Part shown: positions 55,127 through 62,435 of the stretch, one piece after another
How positions within the stretch are numbered: the first letter of the stretch is position 1
Layout of the letters: each line of letters starts with the position of its first letter
DNA from: Candidatus Saccharimonadota bacterium
Lineage (GTDB): Bacteria; Patescibacteriota; Saccharimonadia; Saccharimonadales; JAGQNJ01
Direction of reading: 5' to 3'
Assembly: GCA_036826295.1 (NCBI GenBank)
Contig: DAISWO010000001.1
Span: 157,652-221,651, forward strand
DNA length: 64,000 nt
Made by a program: the position numbers and the translations under genes
The notes under the pieces: model-generated
The model's input: only the letters and a program-made list of their open reading frames with translations
The model's database searches: none
What the model was told of the DNA's origin: nothing

Positions 55127-55278
55127 TGGTATAATTAGTTTGCTGGCGATTTGCCAAATAATGATTATCTAACAACATATATTCGGGAACTCAATATCAG
55201 ATTTTGCCTCTGGCGAATGAATGCGAGTACCCACCTGGGTAAAACCAGATTAATCATTGGTGAATTAGCCAGCTTTTT
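55127..55278 (+). ncRNA. candidate ~135-nt structured RNA (sRNA or 5' leader) with its own promoter and terminator
   Basis: TGgTATAAT (55127-55135). Long-range pairing GCTGGC/GCCAGC (55142-47 with 55268-73) and AATGATTA/TAATCATT (55160-67 with 55251-58). T5 at 55274-55278. Confidence 0.4.
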
Positions 55279-55351
55279 GAATCCCATAAGATATGAAGTA
55301 GTAATTATGAAACAAAATAACTTTAGGTAATCTTGATCGTGGTAGTATTAA

Positions 55352-56008
55352 GTGATGCCAAAAGAAGATAAAAATTCATTAAAAAAATCCTATGAGTTTA
55401 AAGACTTCATGGAGTCGATGCGGTTTGTGCGCCAGGTGGCTGATCTTGCCGAAGTCGCCAATCACCATCCGAAGATACAGATTGACTACAACAAAGTTGA
55501 GTTGTGGTTTACGACGCACGATAAGGGTAAGGTGACTGAAAAAGACGAGAAATTAGCCGAGCAAGTTGATGCTTTGATTACTAATAAGCCATCTATTGGC
55601 CAGCTACCAACAGAGTTAAAGTTCTATGGCGATGGGGGTTCTCGCGGTAACCCCGGCCCAGCTGCAGCCGGTTTTGTGTTATTGGATATGAACGATCATT
55701 TACTAGAGAATGGCGGCGAGTTCATGGGCGTCACTACTAATAATCAAGCTGAATATCATTCTCTAGAAATGGGCTTGGAGCGGGCGCTGGAGGCCGGTGT
55801 GAAGAAAATTCACGTCTTTATGGATAGTCAGTTAGCTATTCGCCAAATAGGTGGCCAATACAAGGTTAGAAGCCCCGAGTTATTACCTCGTTATAAGAAT
55901 GTGAAGAGTTTGTTAGCTAAATTCGAGGAAGCTACTTGCACTCATGTACCACGAGAGCTGAATAAGTTGGCCGACGCAGAAGTAAACCGTATTCTAGATT
56001 CGTTGTAG
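55352..56008 (+). CDS. fusion protein: pterin-4a-carbinolamine dehydratase-like domain + RNase H (type 1) domain
   Basis: N-terminal part: ...FKDFMESMRFVRQVADLAEVANHHPKI...VELWFTTHD. C-terminal part: FYGDGGSRGNPGPAAAG...NNQAEYHSLEMGL...FMDSQL... Confidence 0.75.
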   Translation: MMPKEDKNSLKKSYEFKDFMESMRFVRQVADLAEVANHHPKIQIDYNKVELWFTTHDKGKVTEKDEKLAEQVDALITNKPSIGQLPTELKFYGDGGSRGNPGPAAAGFVLLDMNDHLLENGGEFMGVTTNNQAEYHSLEMGLERALEAGVKKIHVFMDSQLAIRQIGGQYKVRSPELLPRYKNVKSLLAKFEEATCTHVPRELNKLADAEVNRILDSL

Positions 56009-56025
56009 TAGCTGTATACTGTTAG

Positions 56026-56359
56026 AGCCAGATTATTGACTGATCGCTCGCTTTAACGTGGGAGGAAAGTCCGGGCAACGTAGAGAAGGGTAGTTGTTAA
56101 CGGCAACCGGGGGCGACCCTAGGGAAAGTGCCACAGAAACAATACTTCCGCTTCGGCGGTAAAGGTGAAAAGAGTGGGGTAAAAGCCCACAGTTTGCGAT
56201 GGTGACATCGTAAATAGGTAAACCCTACCTGTTGCAAGGAGTATATTCACAAAACGGTTTCTCGCCGGAATATACGATGATCCGCTTGATTCTATCGGCA
56301 ACGATAGAACTAGATAGATGATTAGTCGCGACTAAACCCGGCTTACAGATAATCTGGCA
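56026..56359 (+). ncRNA. rnpB: RNase P RNA (bacterial type)
   Basis: Conserved GGAGGAAAGTCCGGGC (P4 5' strand), ...ACCCGGCTTA (P4 3' strand), and P1 pairing AGCCAGATTAT/ATAATCTGGC. Confidence 0.85.
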
Positions 56360-56409
56360 TTTTTATAATAAACTTGAAAAATTTTCTATCTACCATGACA
56401 CTATAGGTA

Positions 56410-57744
56410 ATGGAAGTTTTAGTTGCCGATCCTGGAGCTCGTGGACATGCCCTAGCGCGTAAGATTGCTGAATCGAATTTAGTTGAGCGAGTGTTTATGG
56501 CTCCTGGCAATCCGGGGACTACTGAGATAGCGGAGAATACAGGGTTAGAACATACCGATATTGCTGGTCAGATAGATTTTGTTAGGAAAAATAAAAACAT
56601 TGGTTTAGTTGTTCAGTCTGCCGATAATCCTTTAGCATTAGGTGCAGTTAATACATTTGAGGAGCAATTTGATGGCGACGATAGAGAGTTGTATGTATGG
56701 GGTCCAACAAAAGAAGCAGCTGAGATTGAATCTAGCAAAGTATTTTCAAAAGAAATGATGAGTAAACTAGAGATTCCGACTGCTCATTATGGTGTATTTA
56801 ACTCAACGCTTGCGGCAATAGCGTATGCTAGGGATCGTTCTTTCCCTCAATTCGCCAAAGAGGATGGACTAGCTAGTGGCAAGGGTGTCGATAAGGCGAA
56901 TAATATTCAAGAGTTAAGTAAATGTCTCTATGAGTTGGTCAGAGCGGGTAAGCTTGGAAAAGAGCAGCGAATAGTCATTGAAGATGGTCTGAAAGGGCCA
57001 GAAATATCACTTCAAGCTTGGTGCGACGGCGAGAATTACTCTATGGTGCCATTTGCCATGAAAGATCATAAAACTATTGGCGATAATGATACTGGCCCAA
57101 TGACCGGCGGAATGGCTGTGATTGGGCCTGTGCCCTGCATTACTAGAGAAGATATAGAATCCTTTGGAGAAAGATTTGTTGCCCCAGTACTTCAGGAACT
57201 GAGCAGGCAAGGCCGACCATTCAAGGGAATGCTATACCCAGGCTTAAAGGGTTGGAAATGTCTAGAGTATAACGCCCGTCCGGGTGATTCAGAGGCTCAG
57301 GTTTGGGCAGCGTTACTCCAGTCTGACATTGTTGAATTAATGTTGGCCTGTTGTATGGGGGAGCTTGATCAAATCGATAAACCTGTCTGGAAGAACGCTT
57401 CAGCTGCTTGTATTGTTCTGGCAGCTGAAGGTTATCCTGTTAACCCCAAAAAGGGGGCACTGATTCATGGGCTAGATTCAGAGTTTGCAGAAAACACCCA
57501 CATGCTCCATGCTGGAACAAGGATGGAGGGTCAAGATGTTGTAGTTGATGGGGGTAGAGTCCTCAATGTCGTGACAGTAGGTGATGATGGTGAAAACCTT
57601 GAAACAGTTATACAGTCAGCTTATCGTGATGCAGAAAAGATTAAGTTTACCGGTAAACAGACCAGAGGTGATGTGGGGCAGGAAGTACTAACTACAGAGT
57701 TTATTGAATATGTTAATCGGTCCCGAGAAAATGATTGGCATTAA
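56410..57744 (+). CDS. purD: phosphoribosylamine--glycine ligase
   Basis: VLVADPGARGHALARKIAES...VFMAPGNPGT plus an ATP-grasp body. Confidence 0.8.
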   Translation: MEVLVADPGARGHALARKIAESNLVERVFMAPGNPGTTEIAENTGLEHTDIAGQIDFVRKNKNIGLVVQSADNPLALGAVNTFEEQFDGDDRELYVWGPTKEAAEIESSKVFSKEMMSKLEIPTAHYGVFNSTLAAIAYARDRSFPQFAKEDGLASGKGVDKANNIQELSKCLYELVRAGKLGKEQRIVIEDGLKGPEISLQAWCDGENYSMVPFAMKDHKTIGDNDTGPMTGGMAVIGPVPCITREDIESFGERFVAPVLQELSRQGRPFKGMLYPGLKGWKCLEYNARPGDSEAQVWAALLQSDIVELMLACCMGELDQIDKPVWKNASAACIVLAAEGYPVNPKKGALIHGLDSEFAENTHMLHAGTRMEGQDVVVDGGRVLNVVTVGDDGENLETVIQSAYRDAEKIKFTGKQTRGDVGQEVLTTEFIEYVNRSRENDWH

Positions 57745-57772
57745 AAAATCCTCAGTAAATTGAGGATTTTTT
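57743..57772. terminator. bidirectional terminator between purD and rplT
   Basis: AAAAA-ATCCTCA-gtaaat-TGAGGAT-TTTTT. Confidence 0.7.
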
Positions 57773-57794
57773 AATGCCGAGTTTTAAGTAAAGT

Positions 57795-58136
57795 TTATTT
57801 TACGGCGTTTACTACCGCTTCGAAGGCTTTTGGTTCGTTAACGGCTAGCTCAGCTAGTATTTTACGATCAATTTCAACGTTGGCTTTTTTCATAGCAGAT
57901 ATTAATTTGCTGTATGTTGTCCCGTGTTCTCGGGCAGCTGCGTTGATTCTGATGTTCCAAAGAGCTCTAAAACTTCTTTTTCTATTGCGTCTGTCTCGGT
58001 AGCTGTATTGTAAGGCTTTAACCGTAGCCTGACGGCCACGTCTGACGCTAACTCTATGAGCGTGGGACATTCCCTTAGTGCTTTTTCTTATCTTGTCATG
58101 TCGCTTTTTGGCTGCGACGCCTCTTTTTACTCTCAT
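57795..58136 (-). CDS. rplT: 50S ribosomal protein L20
   Basis: MRVKRGVAAKKRHDKIRK...YRDRRNRKR. Confidence 0.9.
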   Translation of the reverse strand: MRVKRGVAAKKRHDKIRKSTKGMSHAHRVSVRRGRQATVKALQYSYRDRRNRKRSFRALWNIRINAAAREHGTTYSKLISAMKKANVEIDRKILAELAVNEPKAFEAVVNAVK

Positions 58137-58331
58137 TTATATTCCTAACATTTTCTTAATAGACTTAGCTTTTTTACCAATAATCTCATCTGTACCTGCA
58201 AACTTTCGTTTTCTTACGGCGCTTTTTTTCTCTAAAAAGTGGTTGCCAGTAGCGTGTCGACGCAAAACTTTGCCAGTCTTTGTGATTTTAACTCTGTCTT
58301 TTGTCCCACTGTGGGTTTTGTGCTTTGGCAT
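58137..58331 (-). CDS. rpmI: 50S ribosomal protein L35
   Basis: MPKHKTHSGTKDRVKITKTGKVLRRHA. Confidence 0.9.
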   Translation of the reverse strand: MPKHKTHSGTKDRVKITKTGKVLRRHATGNHFLEKKSAVRKRKFAGTDEIIGKKAKSIKKMLGI

Positions 58332-58333
58332 TG

Positions 58334-58840
58334 TTATGCTCTCCTTATTACGAATATTATCTGTTTGCCGGTCATTTGTGGTGATTGATCAACAGCTATT
58401 TTATCATCAAATCGTTGAATAATCTTCTCTGCTAGTGCAAAACCTAGATCTTTATGGGCTAGCTCGCGACCTCGGAAGAATAAAGTGAACTTTACTTTAT
58501 GACCGTCATCTAAGAATCCTGAGACTTTACGAAGCTTTACGTCTAGATCGTGCGTATCGATCTTTAGACCCATCCGCATTTGTTTTAAATCTTGGGCTTT
58601 AGCGGCTTTTTTATTTTTTTGTTGCTGTTTCGTCTTTTGGTAGTTAAATTTTCCCCAATCAACTATCTTTGCAACGGGTGGGTTAGCGTTCGGTGATATC
58701 TCGACCAAGTCTAACTCGGATTGTTTAGCAAGCTGTAAAGCTTCGGATTTGGTCATTACGCCAAGTTGACTTCCGTCCTCGCCGATAACTCTTAACTCAT
58801 TGGCCCGAATTTGCTCATTCAGGCGGGTGTACTTGCTGAT
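58334..58840 (-). CDS. infC: translation initiation factor IF-3, non-canonical ATC start
   Basis: The track ORF starts at an internal Met. The in-frame upstream sequence ISKYTRLNEQIRANELRVIGEDGSQLGV matches the IF-3 N-domain. AAGGAG lies 6 nt before ATC at 58840-58838. Confidence 0.75.
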   Translation of the reverse strand: MSKYTRLNEQIRANELRVIGEDGSQLGVMTKSEALQLAKQSELDLVEISPNANPPVAKIVDWGKFNYQKTKQQQKNKKAAKAQDLKQMRMGLKIDTHDLDVKLRKVSGFLDDGHKVKFTLFFRGRELAHKDLGFALAEKIIQRFDDKIAVDQSPQMTGKQIIFVIRRA

Positions 58841-58919
58841 ATCCTTCTCCTTATTAAGTACCTACTACGCTTGCTTGGAATGAATTCTAACAGATTGACG
58901 CAGGTGTTTCAATAGGTAT

Positions 58920-60428
58920 TCATAAATTCGTAGAATATATGGGCCGATATTGTATGGCCTCTGCAATATGTTTATCTAAAATCATGTCAGAATCATCTAG
59001 ATCAGCTATTGTCCGAGCAACTTTCAATGTGCGCATATAGGCTCGCGGTGAAAGTTCCAAGCGAGAGGCTCCTTTGTCTAATAAGTCCCTCGCCGTATCT
59101 GTTAATCTTGCGAATTTTTTTACTTCGCGACTGTGCATAGTAGAGTTTGTTCGGCTTGTTTTGAAGCGACGGGCTTGGATGTCTCGGGCTTTTTCTACTC
59201 GACTTCGAACATCTAAACTGCTGTCGGCTATATGGTTATTCTCTAATAGTTTTGAGTGTTCAACATTTTCTACATTGGCATATAAGTCGATTCTGTCGAT
59301 GATGGGACCAGATATCTTTTTACGATAATTATAGATGTTATGAGGCAGGCAACTGCATTCTTTGTCGGTTCCAAAATATCCACAGGGACAAGGATTTGCT
59401 GTGGCGATTAAGATAAATTTTGCCGGAAAATCGATACTTTCTTTTGCTCGAGAGATTGTGATCTTGTTATCTTCTAGGGGTTGACGTAAGGATTCAATAG
59501 TACTTCTCTTAAACTCTGGAAATTCATCAAAAAACAACACTCCATTATGGGATAAGCTGATTTCCCCAGGTCGAGGGTCTGTGCCTCCACCTGTGATGGC
59601 TGTTTCGCTAGCACTGTGGTGTGGAGACCGGAAAGGACGACTGTATCTTACGATTTCGTAGTTTTTGCGTTGCAGACTGTGTAAATGGGTGGTTTCGAGT
59701 ATTTCTTCAATAGTCATAGAAGGCAAGATAGTTGTAAAAGTCTTTGCGAGCATACTCTTCCCCGTACCAGGAGGGCCATTTAGAAGAACGTTATGTGCTC
59801 CGGCAGCAGCAATCTCTAGGATTCTTTTTGCTTGAAATTGGCCTACGACATCTGAAAAATCATCTCCTGAAGGCTTGTCATGCTTAGGTAGTGAGATTCT
59901 GTAATTAGAGATTGGTTTAATAATATTTGCTTTTGTTAAGTGTAAATAAAGAGCTTTTAAGTCTTCTACAGGATATAAAGTTAACCCTTTGACCAATTTT
60001 GCTTGGTTTATATTATCTACTGGTAGGAATACTTCATCTAAACCATGTTTTTTTGCAGTCAGTAGCTTTCCGATTATTCCTCTGATTGCTCTGATATTTC
60101 CATCAAGCCCAATTTCTCCGAAGAAAATCGCTTTTTTACTTATAGGACTTACTATTGATGATGATTGTAATATAGATGCGGCGATCGCCAAGTCCAGACC
60201 TGTTTGGTTTTTTGGCAGATCAGCTGGCGCTAGGTTTATTGTTATTCGTTTTTTTGGGAAGGGTATCTTGCTAGATGTGAAGGCGGCTCGGATTCTTTCT
60301 TTTGATTCATCGACAGCCTTGCTCGCAAAACCCACAATAATTATTGTAGGCAAGCCGTTAGTTATCTGACATTCAATGTCTGCTACTATTCCATCAAATC
60401 CGCTGTCAACAATTGTCCTCGTCTTCAT
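58920..60428 (-). CDS. comM: YifB/ComM-family Mg-chelatase-like ATPase
   Basis: Lon-like N domain, Walker A GPPGTGKS, and a C-terminal Mg-chelatase domain. Confidence 0.85.
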   Translation of the reverse strand: MKTRTIVDSGFDGIVADIECQITNGLPTIIIVGFASKAVDESKERIRAAFTSSKIPFPKKRITINLAPADLPKNQTGLDLAIAASILQSSSIVSPISKKAIFFGEIGLDGNIRAIRGIIGKLLTAKKHGLDEVFLPVDNINQAKLVKGLTLYPVEDLKALYLHLTKANIIKPISNYRISLPKHDKPSGDDFSDVVGQFQAKRILEIAAAGAHNVLLNGPPGTGKSMLAKTFTTILPSMTIEEILETTHLHSLQRKNYEIVRYSRPFRSPHHSASETAITGGGTDPRPGEISLSHNGVLFFDEFPEFKRSTIESLRQPLEDNKITISRAKESIDFPAKFILIATANPCPCGYFGTDKECSCLPHNIYNYRKKISGPIIDRIDLYANVENVEHSKLLENNHIADSSLDVRSRVEKARDIQARRFKTSRTNSTMHSREVKKFARLTDTARDLLDKGASRLELSPRAYMRTLKVARTIADLDDSDMILDKHIAEAIQYRPIYSTNL

Positions 60429-60478
60429 AAATGCTTGTGTCTAATCATAACACTCATAGATATATAATTTAACTTGTC

Positions 60479-60511
60479 AAAAAAATAACACTCATTTTCT
60501 ATGAGTGTTAT
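60479..60511 (-). terminator. minus-strand intrinsic terminator 50 nt upstream of the comM start
   Basis: On the minus strand: ATAACACTCAT-agaaa-ATGAGTGTTAT followed by T7. Confidence 0.6.
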
Positions 60512-60573
60512 TTAATGTGGGTTATATTTATTTGGTTGTTTGTTTTTGTGATTATAACTTCTTTGTTTTATAG

Positions 60574-60606
60574 AACAACGGCTTGCGAGAAGCCGTTGTT
60601 TTTTGG
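60574..60606 (+). terminator. plus-strand intrinsic terminator in the ORF-free region
   Basis: AACAACGGCTT-gcgag-AAGCCGTTGTT followed by TTTT. Confidence 0.55.
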
Positions 60607-61546
60607 TCTTTTTGTTTTTGAGCACTTTATTTGTTCAAGTGCTGAATACATCTTATAAATTGATAATGCTAGTGTCAATAAGAAAATTCAGCAATTTTAA
60701 AACTACTTGTGTATAACTCGTTAGGCGTATAGCTAAAAACTGCAAATAAATTCAATTATTCGTTAAAAAAATGATTAATATCAAACAAAAACGACCAAAA
60801 GATTGACAGTAATTGCCTTAATAATCAATATGGCTTTGTTTTGTTGAATTAAAATTGATCATTAAACGTGGTGGTAGGTAATATCAGCCTCGAAATCCAA
60901 AGCCAACTGTTTAGCTGTACGTAGATAATAATTGACTAGCCTAATAATACTAACTGTGCTGTTAGGCCTTGAATAACTCGAAAACAAGACACGAGAGTCT
61001 TCATAATTAATTTGTTCAGAATAATGACCAAATTATTCATAATTGACCCATCTTTATGTATTCGGAATTTTTAGAATCGATTATCTACAATTGACACTCA
61101 TTTGTCCATGAACAAGCCAGACTAATAATTCATTGCAAATGATTTGACGACTCATTATTAAACGAGACACAATTGAATAGTTTTTTTGGTACCCGTCGAC
61201 GCCATGACGATGAGTTGAGACATCATTGCTATTATTCCAAAAACACAGCTTAATATTCAAAATCTCATAAGAATATAGAGTAATCGTAGAGAATATAACT
61301 ACGATATTCGTATACGTCTAACAGTGTAAAAATGTGTAAAATACAACGTATATCTGAAATAATGGTTGACCTTACAGTTCTTTTACGCTATTGTTTATTT
61401 GGAGTTTTAAAAATACAAATATCGCCCAAATTTAGTCTAAAGCTGAGTTCGGGCGGTCAGTCACAAACCAGGACGGTAAGCGCTTCAAAAGTCATAAAGT
61501 TAAGCGGAGTTATCGTCCGGTTTTTTTGTTAGAATATACTTTAACC

Positions 61547-61876
61547 ATGAACAAAAAACCAAAAATTAGTATTCTTATTCTACTACTCATTCTTGGGGCA
61601 CTTTTTTTTATGAATACCAGCCCCAGTGAGGTGCCAATCTATGTATTAACCTTACCATTCATATATTTTTTCATTTTGGTTTATGTAACTGTGTCTGTTG
61701 TCCAGGATCTTTTCAGTAGAGATATTGCAGCCCCTATCCCGCTTATAGTCTCTGCTCTGACGTTGTTAATGTTAATTCTTGGTTCTTTGCATCAGCTTGG
61801 TGCAAAAGACATAACTCTTAGTTTGGTCCTAATGGTTCTTCTTGGGTGGTACATCCATAAACTTAGTCCCAAATAG
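61547..61876 (+). CDS. hypothetical integral membrane protein (109 aa)
   Basis: Three to four hydrophobic helices. Start moved to ATG 61547. Confidence 0.5.
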   Translation: MNKKPKISILILLLILGALFFMNTSPSEVPIYVLTLPFIYFFILVYVTVSVVQDLFSRDIAAPIPLIVSALTLLMLILGSLHQLGAKDITLSLVLMVLLGWYIHKLSPK

Positions 61877-61945
61877 AAGATTAGATACTGTATAAATTAA
61901 TAACTTCTATGCTTAAGCTATTATTTGATATACTTTCCATCAGGA

Positions 61946-62434
61946 ATGAAAGAAACTGGCAAAAATCAATTCAATGAGGCAATAACTCGTGAACAAGCGG
62001 AGCTTGACGATCTTGAAGTTAAGAAGAAAAAAATCGATAATTCTTCTGAACCAACCGAATTGAATATTTTGCCACGCATAGAGCATATAAACGGTGAAAC
62101 TAATCCAGAGATAGTCAAAGATCAGCCACAGTCTGGGGGTTCATCATCACAACAGCAAACTAACGATGATCAAACTTCTGCTACACAAACTACTGACGAT
62201 GATGACGACACGACTACAGAACCAACCACCAGTTCGTTACCTAGTAATGACAATAATCCGCAGATTGCCGATGATGTTGATTTGATAGAGAAAGAGTGGG
62301 TAGATAAGGCGAAAGAGCTGGTAGAGCGAACAAAGTCTGACCCTAGACAACAAAACATAGCTCTTAATAAGATGAAGGCTGATTATTTAAAAAAACGGTT
62401 CAATAAGGTAATAAAAACCGAGAAAGAAGGCTAA
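61946..62434 (+). CDS. hypothetical acidic Thr/Asp-rich protein (162 aa)
   Basis: ORF only. Start placed at ATG 61946. Low-complexity centre QQTNDDQTSATQTTDDDDDTTTEPTT. Confidence 0.45.
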   Translation: MKETGKNQFNEAITREQAELDDLEVKKKKIDNSSEPTELNILPRIEHINGETNPEIVKDQPQSGGSSSQQQTNDDQTSATQTTDDDDDTTTEPTTSSLPSNDNNPQIADDVDLIEKEWVDKAKELVERTKSDPRQQNIALNKMKADYLKKRFNKVIKTEKEG

Positions 62435-62435
62435 G

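Noticed and set aside
55205-55240. ZTP (pfl) riboswitch: CTGGCGAA and CCACCTGGGT resemble the two conserved ZTP boxes, and purD is nearby.
   Set aside because: The spacing is far too short for the P1-P2 and P3 subdomains. The required helices cannot be drawn, and the downstream gene is not a purine or folate gene.
61189-61204. Adjacent KpnI (GGTACC) and SalI (GTCGAC) sites suggesting cloning-vector contamination.
   Set aside because: The flanks do not match any polylinker I know and have the same AT-rich character as the surrounding region. This is most likely coincidence.
60429-61546. Replication origin (oriC) in the 1.1-kb AT-rich ORF-free region.
   Set aside because: I found only two or three relaxed DnaA-box matches (TTATACACA at 60708-60716, TTTTACACA at 61333-61341, TTATCTACA at 61081-61089). 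There is no dnaA or dnaN nearby and no clear cluster. The idea is kept only as a low-probability alternative.
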